From Chthoniobacteraceae bacterium (lineage in GTDB: Bacteria > Verrucomicrobiota > Verrucomicrobiia > Chthoniobacterales > Chthoniobacteraceae): 33,562 bases of DNA. The stretch spans positions 1 through 33,562 of the forward strand of contig JANNWY010000107.1 of NCBI GenBank assembly GCA_031409335.1, in the 5' to 3' direction. Below are positions 19,888-27,838 of this stretch, one piece after another; position 1 is the first letter of the stretch, and each line of letters begins with the position of its first letter. The translations under genes and the position numbers were made by a program. The notes under the pieces were generated by a model. It was not told the origin of the DNA, ran no database searches, and saw nothing but the letters and a program-made list of their open reading frames with translations.

Positions 19888-22698
19888 GTGCCGCCCAAAC
19901 TTTCCATCTCCCCCACGACCTCGCGCAACCGGGAAAAAATCCTCGCGCACGCGGAGCGGGAATTGCGCGCGGGCGGGCGAACGAATCCCGCCAATCTTGC
20001 GGTGCTTTACAAAAAGTTCGTCCGAATCGAGAGCTACCGCATTCAAGTCCGGCACAATGCGGGCGGCGGCGGACGGGAAATTTGCGGCGAACGCGCGAAC
20101 CTCGTGGATGTGGTCGTGCGGCATTTGTTCGAGGCGCTCGTATCGCACGAGCCCAGCTTTGCAAAAAAACCGGCGAGGATCGCACTCGTCGCCTACGGCG
20201 GATACGGTCGCGGCGAACTCAATCCACTCAGTGACATCGACCTCACTTTCCTGGTCGAAGAGGCCCGCGGGAAACTCGATCCGCGGGTTGGGGCAGTCAT
20301 CGAGTTGATGGTGCGAATGCTGTGGGATATGGGCTTCAAGGCCAGCATTTCCACCCGGACGATCGCGGGGACCATCAAGGAGGCAAATGCGGAGATGAAG
20401 ACGAAGACCTCGTATCTCGAGGCCCGGCTCGTCACGGGGGACGGGAAGCTCTTCGCGGATTTCCAGCAGCAGTTCCTGAAAAAGTGTGTCGTCGGTTTTC
20501 TCGATGAATACATCCGCGACCGCATCAAGAACCAGCAGGAGCGCCACGAGAAATTCGGGAAAACGATCGCGATGCAGGAGCCGAATATCAAGGAAGGCTG
20601 CGGCGGATTGCGCGACTACCAGAACCTCCTGTGGATCAGCTTTTTCAAGGAACGCATCCAGACCACCGCCGGGCTCGTGGAGAAAAAACTGCTCGATGAC
20701 CGCGAGCGCCGGACGCTGGAAACCGCTTATGATTTCCTCCTCCGAGTGCGCACCGAGCTGCACTTCATCAACAAGGATGCGAAGGTCACCCCGGACGTGA
20801 TCGTGCTCGGCCAGCAGCTCAAGCTCGCGAACAAACTGCACTACGCGCAGAAGAACATCCTCCGGCGTTCCGAGGCGTTCATGCGCGACTACTACCTGAA
20901 GGCCCAGGACATTTACTTCATCACCGAACGGCTGTCGGAACGGCTGAGCCTGGACGTGCCGGAGCATCCGGACGCGCCGAAAAAGCGCCCGCTGCTCAGC
21001 TTCATGCGCAAGCAGCCCGCGACGCCGAAGACCGAGCGCTTCGACGATTTCTACAGCGTCGATGGGCGGATGTATTTCGCGACGCGCGACATCTTCGCGC
21101 AGGAGCCCGCGCGGATGATGCGGCTCTTCCAGCATCTCCAGCAGCGCGGATTGCGGCTGAGTCCGGAGCTCGAAAGACTCATCGAACGACGGCTGCCCCT
21201 CGTCGATGCGACTTTCCGCTACGCGACGGCGACGCGGGAAACTTTCCTCGCGATCTGCTCGCGAAAGGGCGAAGTCGCCGCCGTGCTGCGCGCGATGCAT
21301 CGGGTCGGATTTCTCGGGCGCTACATGCCGGAATTCGGGCAGCTCACCTGTCTCGTGCAGCACGAATTTTTCCACCGCTACACCACCGACGAGCACACGC
21401 TGGTCTGCATCGAAAAGCTGGACCGGCTCGTGGATTCCGAAGATCCGAAGCTGAAATTCTACCGGGCGCTTTTCCAAAAACTCGACGACCCGCTCGTCCT
21501 TTATCTCGCGTTGCTGCTGCACGACACGGGCAAGGCCGCGAATGTGAGCTCCCACGCGGAGGCGAGTGCGATGTATGCGCAAAAAGTCGCACGCCGCCTG
21601 CAGCTCCCGCCCGAGCAGCGCCGCTCGCTCGTGCTGCTCGTCGATCACCACATCCTCATGTCGAGCATCGCGCAACGCCGCAATATCGACGATCCGGCGA
21701 CGATCGCGGAATTTGCCGGCCTGGTGAAATCGCAGCCAAATCTCGACGCGCTGATGCTGCTCACGCTCGTGGACGGGCAGGGCACCGGCGATGAAAAATG
21801 GAGCGACTGGAAGGAGAGCCTCGTGTGGCAGCTCTATCGCGACACGACGGCATTTCTCGAGGACGGACTGGATTTTTTCCGGCAGCGAAACGTCGAGCGC
21901 GCGGACTTGCGGCAGGCAATTTCAAAGAAGCTCGGCGCTGATTTCGAGGACGAGATCGAGGCGCACCTCGATCACATGCCCGAGCGCTATTTTCACAAAC
22001 ACCCGGTCCCCGAAATCGTGGATCACATCCGGCTGTTCCGAAAATTTCTGGTGGGGTGGGCGAACCCGGACAATTCCCCGCTCACGCCCGCGATCAAATG
22101 GATCGCGCATCCGCACAGCGGGCACAGCGAGGTGCAGTTCTGCGGATGGGATCGCCGCGAATTGCTGGCGCGCATCGCCGGCGCATTTGCCAGCGCGCAG
22201 ATCAACATTCTCAACGCCGACATCTTCACCCGCGAAGATAGCCTCGTGCTCGACATCTTTCGCGTCTGCAACACCAAGATGGAAGCCGTCACTGACGAGC
22301 GTGACATGGCGGCCGTCGAGCGCCGGCTGCTGCCGGCGCTGTTGGGGGAGGATTTCGATTTCACCGCCGACCTCGCGAAGGTGAAAAAGCGCCGCGATTT
22401 CCATCTCTCCCATGAGCTCGATTTCCCGACGCGCATCCGGATCGACAACGAATCCCACCCGGCCTACACGCTCGTCGATATCCAGGCACCCGACCGCCTC
22501 GGCTTTCTCTACGATGTGCTCCGGGGCTTCGGGAAAGTCGGCGCGCGAATCTCCTTCTCGCGCATCGCCACTGAGAAGGGCGCAGCGATCGACAGTTTTT
22601 ACATCACCGACATGATCGGCAACAAGCTGCGTGACGACGCGACGGTGAAGCGGCTCCAGCGCGCCCTCGCCGCCGCCGCGGAAAATCCCGCCGTCTAA
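19888..22698 (+). CDS. glnD: [Protein-PII] uridylyltransferase / uridylyl-removing enzyme
   Basis: GGYGRGELNPLSDIDL, EPNIKEGCGGLRD, HRYTTDEH, LLHDTGK (HD domain) and two C-terminal ACT domains. GTG start. Confidence 0.95.
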   Translation: MPPKLSISPTTSRNREKILAHAERELRAGGRTNPANLAVLYKKFVRIESYRIQVRHNAGGGGREICGERANLVDVVVRHLFEALVSHEPSFAKKPARIALVAYGGYGRGELNPLSDIDLTFLVEEARGKLDPRVGAVIELMVRMLWDMGFKASISTRTIAGTIKEANAEMKTKTSYLEARLVTGDGKLFADFQQQFLKKCVVGFLDEYIRDRIKNQQERHEKFGKTIAMQEPNIKEGCGGLRDYQNLLWISFFKERIQTTAGLVEKKLLDDRERRTLETAYDFLLRVRTELHFINKDAKVTPDVIVLGQQLKLANKLHYAQKNILRRSEAFMRDYYLKAQDIYFITERLSERLSLDVPEHPDAPKKRPLLSFMRKQPATPKTERFDDFYSVDGRMYFATRDIFAQEPARMMRLFQHLQQRGLRLSPELERLIERRLPLVDATFRYATATRETFLAICSRKGEVAAVLRAMHRVGFLGRYMPEFGQLTCLVQHEFFHRYTTDEHTLVCIEKLDRLVDSEDPKLKFYRALFQKLDDPLVLYLALLLHDTGKAANVSSHAEASAMYAQKVARRLQLPPEQRRSLVLLVDHHILMSSIAQRRNIDDPATIAEFAGLVKSQPNLDALMLLTLVDGQGTGDEKWSDWKESLVWQLYRDTTAFLEDGLDFFRQRNVERADLRQAISKKLGADFEDEIEAHLDHMPERYFHKHPVPEIVDHIRLFRKFLVGWANPDNSPLTPAIKWIAHPHSGHSEVQFCGWDRRELLARIAGAFASAQINILNADIFTREDSLVLDIFRVCNTKMEAVTDERDMAAVERRLLPALLGEDFDFTADLAKVKKRRDFHLSHELDFPTRIRIDNESHPAYTLVDIQAPDRLGFLYDVLRGFGKVGARISFSRIATEKGAAIDSFYITDMIGNKLRDDATVKRLQRALAAAAENPAV

Positions 22699-23693
22699 AG
22701 CGCCTCGGCAATCTGCACGGCATTCAGCGCCGCGCCTTTCAGGAGCTGATCGCCTGCGACCCAGAAGGCGAGTCCGTTTTCCAGCGCGCAATCGTAGCGC
22801 AGCCGGCCCACCTGACAGTTGTCCTGCCCGGCGGCATTAAGCGGTATGGGATATTCGCTCTTCGACGGATCATCGACCACGTCGAGCCCCGCCGCATTCC
22901 CGAGCGCCTGGCGCGCTTCCGTCATCGATACCGGCCGCTCAAACTCCGCGTTCACCGAAACGCTGTGCGCGCGGTAAACGGGCACCCGCACGCAAGTCAC
23001 GGACGCCTTGAAAGTCGGATGGTGCATGATGCGACGGCCTTCGTTTTGCATCTTCATCTCTTCTTTCGTGTAGCCCGTTTCGAGGAACGAATCGACGTGC
23101 GGCAGCACGTTGAACGCGATCTGATGCGGATACACTTTCTTCACCACTGGCTCCCCGGCGACCAAGGCCGCGACTTGACTCCGCAGCTCCTCGATCGCCT
23201 GCGCGCCCGTGCCGCTCACGGCCTGATAACTCGACGCCACGATCCGCTTCACGCGAAATTCCTTATGCAGCGGCCACAGCGCCATCAGCGTGATCGCCGT
23301 CGTGCAATTCGGATTCGCGATGATGCCGCGATGTTTCTTGATGTCCGCGCCGTTGATTTCCGGAACCACCAGCGGCACGTCCGGATCCATCCGGAAGGCG
23401 CTCGAATTGTCGATCACCACCGCGCCAGCCTTCACGGCGATCGGTCCAAACTCTTTTGAAATCGAACCACCCGCGCTGAACAGCGCGATGTCCACGCCAT
23501 CGAATGAATGCGCCGTCAATTCCTGGATCACGATTTCCTCGCCGGCAAAAGGCAGCGTCTTTCCCGCCGACCGCGCCGAGGCGAGCAGCGTCATTTTTCC
23601 CACCGGAAAACCGCGCTTCTCGAGCGTCTTCATCATTTCGATGCCGACAGCTCCGGTTGCTCCAACGATTGCGACGTGCAAATTCTTGCTCAT
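22695..23693 (-). CDS. asd: Aspartate-semialdehyde dehydrogenase
   Basis: VAIVGATGAVG, VIDNSSAFRM, IIANPNCTT, CVRVPV and DQLLKGAALNAVQIAE. Confidence 0.97.
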   Translation of the reverse strand: MSKNLHVAIVGATGAVGIEMMKTLEKRGFPVGKMTLLASARSAGKTLPFAGEEIVIQELTAHSFDGVDIALFSAGGSISKEFGPIAVKAGAVVIDNSSAFRMDPDVPLVVPEINGADIKKHRGIIANPNCTTAITLMALWPLHKEFRVKRIVASSYQAVSGTGAQAIEELRSQVAALVAGEPVVKKVYPHQIAFNVLPHVDSFLETGYTKEEMKMQNEGRRIMHHPTFKASVTCVRVPVYRAHSVSVNAEFERPVSMTEARQALGNAAGLDVVDDPSKSEYPIPLNAAGQDNCQVGRLRYDCALENGLAFWVAGDQLLKGAALNAVQIAEAL

Positions 23694-23729
23694 AAAAAGG
23701 GCCGCGCACTGTATTGATGCGCGTTCGCA

Positions 23730-24179
23730 ATGCAAATCCGCATCCACGTTCCCTCGCAAACCCTCGATCTGCTGGAAAACGGCGCGCTCTGCCGCCGCTA
23801 CGTCATCTCCACATCGCGCTTCGGACTCGGCACCGAGCCCGGCTCGAATCGCACGCCGACCGGATGCTTCCGCATCGCCGAGAAACACGGCGACGGCGCG
23901 CCGCCGGGAGAGATTTTCATCAGCCGCGTCGCGACCGGGCGCATCGGCCAGGAGGGCGATGAAAAGGATCACGTCCAGACCCGCATCCTCTGGCTGGAAG
24001 GGCTCGACCCCGCGAATGCGAACACCTTCGAGCGCTACATCTACATCCACGGCACCAACGCCGAATCGCAGCTCGGCACGCCCGCCAGCTACGGCTGCGT
24101 GCGGATGAGCAACGACGACGTTTGCGATCTCTACGCGCGCGTGGAAGTCGGCGCGACCGTGCAAATCGACGCGGAGTGA
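23730..24179 (+). CDS. L,D-transpeptidase (YkuD family), catalytic domain only
   Basis: TPTG, IYIHGT and SYGCVRM catalytic His/Cys motif. Confidence 0.88.
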   Translation: MQIRIHVPSQTLDLLENGALCRRYVISTSRFGLGTEPGSNRTPTGCFRIAEKHGDGAPPGEIFISRVATGRIGQEGDEKDHVQTRILWLEGLDPANANTFERYIYIHGTNAESQLGTPASYGCVRMSNDDVCDLYARVEVGATVQIDAE

Positions 24180-24285
24180 AGTCGCGCCGTTTCATTCCAA
24201 AACTTTCTCGTTGTCACCTGCGCGCGAACGCCCATCTTCTGCCGCTCAAAGCAACCCGCATAGAAAGGAGGGGAAACACATCACC

Positions 24286-24402
24286 ATGAAATATCTCGCA
24301 ATCATCGCACTCGTCGCAGTCGCATTCGGCCTCGGAGCCTGCGCCTCGAAGCCAGCGCCAGCGCCCATGTCATCGTCGTCATCGACCGGCTATTCCAAGT
24401 AA
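24286..24402 (+). CDS. Small lipoprotein (38 aa)
   Basis: MKYLAIIALVAVAFGLGAC lipobox, upstream AAAGGAGG, downstream terminator hairpin. Confidence 0.75.
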   Translation: MKYLAIIALVAVAFGLGACASKPAPAPMSSSSSTGYSK

Positions 24403-24410
24403 GCCCGCGC

Positions 24411-25043
24411 TTACGGGGAGTTTCCGTTTTCAAGGCCAGGCCGTCCCTCGCGGGCGGTCTGGCCTTTTACTTTCGCGCTGACGAACGGGCTCCCGCGCAG
24501 CAGAAAGCGCCGCGGCAGATCCGCCGCTTTTGAGATTCCGACACGCACGTCTTCGACGATCTCGACCGGCTGCGCTGGCGCACGAAAGCCCACGCTTTTC
24601 CCCGCGCACAAATCGCGCCCGTGATCCGCGCCGCTCACGCCGAGCGCGATGGTGAGTTTGCCGGGACCGGAGCAGAGGGATTGCGGATTGGCGATTGCGG
24701 ATAGCGGATTGGGAAAGCGGCGGTGCGTCATGGCGTCGATCCCGCGCACCGGCTCGATCGCGCGGATGAGCACGAAGCCATCGTCGCTCCCGCCTTTCAC
24801 GAGCACATTCAGCAGCCAGTACATCCCGTAGTTGAAATAGACATACGCCGCGCCCGCGTCGTGTTTCTCCACAAAAGCCCGCGCCGACGGCCGCGCGAAC
24901 GTATGGCACGCTTCATCGCCGAGCGCGAAGTAGGCTTCCGTCTCCACGATCATCCCGGCGCACTCATTCCAGACGAGTTCGCAACCGATCAGTTCGCGCG
25001 CGCAGGTCAGCGGATCACGTCGGAAAAAGGCGCGCTCGATCAT
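24411..25043 (-). CDS. DNA-3-methyladenine glycosylase (MPG/AAG family)
   Basis: IVETEAY, YVYFNYGMYWLLN, VLIRAIEP, LCSGPGKL and RVGIS motifs. Confidence 0.93.
   Translation of the reverse strand: MIERAFFRRDPLTCARELIGCELVWNECAGMIVETEAYFALGDEACHTFARPSARAFVEKHDAGAAYVYFNYGMYWLLNVLVKGGSDDGFVLIRAIEPVRGIDAMTHRRFPNPLSAIANPQSLCSGPGKLTIALGVSGADHGRDLCAGKSVGFRAPAQPVEIVEDVRVGISKAADLPRRFLLRGSPFVSAKVKGQTAREGRPGLENGNSP
24432..24473 (+). terminator. Intrinsic terminator after the small lipoprotein gene
   Basis: AAGGCCAGGCCGTCC-ctcgc-GGGCGGTCTGGCCTT stem (with G-U pairs) followed by TTACTTT. Overlaps the 3' tail of the convergent MPG gene. Confidence 0.65.
24679..24713. repeat. Five tandem heptamers (GATTGCG-type) inside the MPG gene
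   Basis: GATTGCG GATTGGC GATTGCG GATAGCG GATTGGG, translated on the minus strand as PNPLSAIANPQS. Confidence 0.75.
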
Positions 25044-25205
25044 CCTTCCGGCTTTCGCTCACTCAGCACTTTCCGCAAGTCCCGAGGCTTTCCCTAGCGG
25101 CTCGATTCCCGCGTAGTGATTGGCGAGTGCCTCGACTGATTCGGAAGTGGCGGTGAGCATCCCGGCATTGTGGGAGAGACGAGTTGGGTGTCACGCTTGT
25201 TCATC

Positions 25206-25318
25206 AAGGATGAAGGATGTGAAGGATGGTGAAGGATGGATGCGGGCGATGGGGTCATGTTCGGGCGATGGGGTCAGTTCGGGCGATGGGGCGATGGGGT
25301 CAGAGCGAGAATCTCGCT
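25206..25318 (+). repeat. Stuttered purine-rich repeats ending in a 23-bp GGGGTC motif
   Basis: AAGGATG x4, then GGGCGATGGGGTCA x3 plus a partial copy, then GGGGTCAGAGCGAGAATCTCGCT (25296-25318). Confidence 0.8.
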
Positions 25319-25404
25319 GTCCCGATCGCGATTCGCGCCGAACTGTTTTCCGGTCGCTTCGACAAGAAAGTTCCCTCCCGTGGCTTTGTCCCCGGTCACC
25401 AACA

Positions 25405-25800
25405 TCACATGGTTCGACTCCGGCCGTTTGGAGCCACGGAGAACTCCATGCGCGAGCGGAAGAAGCACACGTCGAATTCCATGAAAAAATTGGTCTGTCC
25501 AAGCACCAATCGCACTTCATCGGTGCGGCACCAGGCAAAAGCCAGCCGCACCGGCGCAAATTCGCCGACGCGGGCTTGAATGAGCAATGGCATTGCGGGA
25601 GTTCCCGCCAGGGCTCCGCCCAGCCGGATGGTGGCCCGCTGATCGTCCCACGCCGCGCGCAGTGTCTGACCTGCACTCCAAGGCAGCACGTTCACGTCGG
25701 CCCCGCTGTCCAGGAGTCCTTCCACCGCGAGGCTCTCGCCGCCGAGCGTCAGCGTCAGGGGCAGGAGCGGCTTTCCGGCGGGCGAATAGGCAAACTGCAT
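25405..25800 (-). CDS. Retropepsin-like (clan AA) aspartic protease-like protein
   Basis: LLDSGADVNVLP catalytic motif and VLGQTNFF C-terminal motif. Confidence 0.75.
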   Translation of the reverse strand: MQFAYSPAGKPLLPLTLTLGGESLAVEGLLDSGADVNVLPWSAGQTLRAAWDDQRATIRLGGALAGTPAMPLLIQARVGEFAPVRLAFAWCRTDEVRLVLGQTNFFMEFDVCFFRSRMEFSVAPNGRSRTM

Positions 25801-25804
25801 GGCG

Positions 25805-26032
25805 TCATGGCTGAGATGCGGTATCGAGTTCCTGCATCAACGCCGCCGCTGCACCGGCTTCAAACACCGGAGTCGCGAGGTGGTAGGTGCGCCCGTGTTC
25901 GAGGGGCGCAATGTCTGGCTCCAAGTCGAGTTCTTCGGCAAGGAAGCGAATGAGACGCAGTTTGTCCGCCGCGGGCAGTGCCCGAACATTGGGAAGGACT
26001 TCGGCGAGAGACATGGTCAAGGAATGTGTCAC
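25805..26032 (-). CDS. Small hypothetical protein, antitoxin-like partner of the protease
   Basis: 75 aa, EVLPNVRALPAADKLRLIRFLAEEL, 4 bp from the protease ATG. Intact in both copies. Confidence 0.7.
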   Translation of the reverse strand: MTHSLTMSLAEVLPNVRALPAADKLRLIRFLAEELDLEPDIAPLEHGRTYHLATPVFEAGAAAALMQELDTASQP

Positions 26033-26095
26033 AACGCTATCGCATCACCAATCCTTAACTTTGCCAAAGGGGAGAAAGGGAGAAGTGGGTAGAAA

Positions 26096-26181
26096 GGGGT
26101 CGCTTCTCGCATTTCGCTCTGGCGGAGAAAATAGGGGCAATGGGGTCAGCGAGTGAGTGGGGTCGGTTCTAGAATCTCGCT
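26096..26181 (+). repeat. Two further copies of the 23-bp GGGGTC motif
   Basis: GGGGTCGCTTCTCGCATTTCGCT (26096-26118) and GGGGTCGGTTCTAGAATCTCGCT (26159-26181). Confidence 0.7.
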
Positions 26182-26202
26182 CATCGGGTCCGAAGAGTGG
26201 AT

Positions 26203-26427
26203 TTAGACCGCCACCGGTAGTGTTACCAGTGCGGCTTTCCGGGGCAGCGGGCGTTTGACGCGCTGGCTTTCGGTGATTTCAGCGGCGACGAGACGGGAGA
26301 GTTCACGATAGACCTTTTGCTCATCGGCACCGTGGCAGACGCCGCCGATGAAAAGGTCGGGACAATAGCCAACGAACAGTTGGTCGGGTTCACTCCATTG
26401 CACAAATTTGAGGTAATCAGATTTCAT
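26203..26427 (-). CDS. hicB: HicB-like antitoxin (short form)
   Basis: YLKFVQWSEPDQLFVGYCPDL..CHG fold signature. ATGA overlap with hicA. Confidence 0.78.
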   Translation of the reverse strand: MKSDYLKFVQWSEPDQLFVGYCPDLFIGGVCHGADEQKVYRELSRLVAAEITESQRVKRPLPRKAALVTLPVAV

Positions 26428-26624
26428 GTTCGGATTTCGCGGACGGCAGATTTGACGAGCTTTTCCTGGTAATGATGAGCGTCAGCTCCGCTCGCGCCGC
26501 TGAGGATGACCTTACGCCGCGAGCGAGGATGAGCAAACTTTCGATGACTGCCTTTTCCGCCGCTCTCGACGCGCCAACCGGCAGCTTCCAACTCAGAGAT
26601 CAGTTCGCGGATTTTTCGAGGCAT
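26424..26624 (-). CDS. hicA: HicA family toxin (mRNA interferase)
   Basis: MPRKIRELISELEAAGW..GKGSHRKFAHP contains the GSH motif. Confidence 0.88.
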   Translation of the reverse strand: MPRKIRELISELEAAGWRVESGGKGSHRKFAHPRSRRKVILSGASGADAHHYQEKLVKSAVREIRT

Positions 26625-26680
26625 CGGGTGAAGGAGGAATTTGCATCAGTCTGTGCGCTTCGCTTTCCGTCGTCGAGCGT

Positions 26681-26941
26681 TCACTCACGCATTTCCACCT
26701 CCGCAGCACCTGTCCAGCAAACTCCCGAGATCAGCCAGGGCCGGAGCACCAGTTTGCACACGCCGGGGCGGCGGCGCACCGGGCCGCCGCGATGCGGCAG
26801 GCGGCAGAGGGTTTCGGCCTTGTTGAGCAGGCGCGTGCCGAGCTGCCCGGCGGCGGCGGCGGGATCGCGCGAGGCGATGTAACGGACGATCTGCTCGAAA
26901 TCAGCGAGGGCGAGCGGGCCGAGGATTACTTGGCAATCCAT
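26681..26941 (-). pseudogene. RelE/ParE family toxin with a degenerate C-terminus
   Basis: VILGPLALADFEQIVRYIASRDP..LPHRG..KLVLRPWLI matches the family. The expected Y-R and HxxR tail is absent. Confidence 0.65.
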
Positions 26942-27070
26942 CCGGCGAGGCGCTGGCGCGCGTCCTCGATCGTCACGCCGGGGCCGGTCTCCATCGACGC
27001 AATGCCGGCGTCGATGGCGGCGAGCATTTCGGGCGTCTCGTCGATCTCCAAGCCGACGTCGAGCAAGACG
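26926..27070 (-). pseudogene. Antitoxin of the RelE/ParE module, C-terminal part
   Basis: Manual translation LLDVGLEIDETPEMLAAIDAGIASMETGPGVTIEDARQRLAGWIAK* overlaps the toxin start. No clear start codon. Confidence 0.55.
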
Positions 27071-27330
27071 AGACGGCGGAGGGAAGGAAGAAAGGGGGCG
27101 CGTCTTGAAATTCGCTCTTTGCGGTGCGAGCCCCACTTTCAACCTCGTGTCGGGCGCTGCGCAAAATAGGAACGCCATTTGCCTGTCCCTTTATCTCCTT
27201 CTTCATCTCCCCGGAGAGGCATTCATGCGGCCATTCTTCATCGCCCTGCAGCCCGCCGTCCAAATCACCCGCGCAATCCGGCGCGGTGGAAAGCATTGAT
27301 CGTCGAAGGCCGATCGGTCACGCCTGCCTC

Positions 27331-27558
27331 ATGCGATTCGCCTCTTTTCTCTCCCGGATTATCACAGGGCTTCTGCTGCTGTTCCCGTTCGCCGCGACGC
27401 GCGCGGATGATACGCCACTCGCGCCTTCGATAATCGGGAGGCTGCCAGCAGGGAAGGTGCTCTTCCTCGGCAACAGCGTCACGTTTCACTCGCCGAAGCC
27501 GGACATCGGCCGGACGGGAAATTGGGGCATGGCGGTGAGCGCGGAGGACGCGAAGTAA
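27331..27558 (+). pseudogene. Truncated paralog of the SGNH hydrolase at 31603
   Basis: 27175-27548 aligns with 31458-31820. The ORF stops after 75 aa. Confidence 0.88.
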
Positions 27559-27572
27559 CCGACACCGCGAGC

Positions 27573-27710
27573 TTACTTGCTTCGGATGCGAGACAGCGTC
27601 CCGGTGCGCAGCTTCATGTTCCCGTCATGCAACGTCGCGGCGCGGGCGAGGACGAGCAGCGAGCCATCGGGAGCAAAGGCGACATCGGGCGGGTTGAGCC
27701 TGCGCGGCAG
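27573..27710 (-). pseudogene. C-terminal fragment of a beta-propeller (glucose/sorbosone dehydrogenase-like) gene
   Basis: Manual translation LNPPDVAFAPDGSLLVLARAATLHDGNMKLRTGTLSRIRSK*. Confidence 0.4.
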
Positions 27711-27838
27711 CGGCGGGGCAAGCGCGGATGTGGAAATGATGCGTAAGCTCCACGCGAGGCCTGCCTGTCACCATACATTACGCAATATTCGCGCTGGATG
27801 TCTAATCGCGCTCCTCGCGCTGGGTCATCCCACGCAAG

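Larger units (their letters stand above)
25288..26080. repeat. Duplicated cassette A, copy 1
   Basis: Highly similar to 30339-31110. Copy 2 lacks the 21 bp GCCGAACTGTTTTCCGGTCGC. Confidence 0.95.

Noticed and set aside
15769..21675. Long minus-strand ORFs (701 aa and 818 aa)
   Set aside because: Antisense shadows of the kinase/pyrophosphorylase gene and glnD.
25206..26181. CRISPR array or integron attC sites
   Set aside because: Repeats are irregularly spaced and non-palindromic, lack RYYYAAC/GTTRRRY boxes, and no cas or intI gene is present.
27096..27170. Possible additional IS-end remnants (GGGCGCGTCTTGAAATT, GGGCGCTGCGCAAAATA)
   Set aside because: No convincing inverted partner or second copy in the window.
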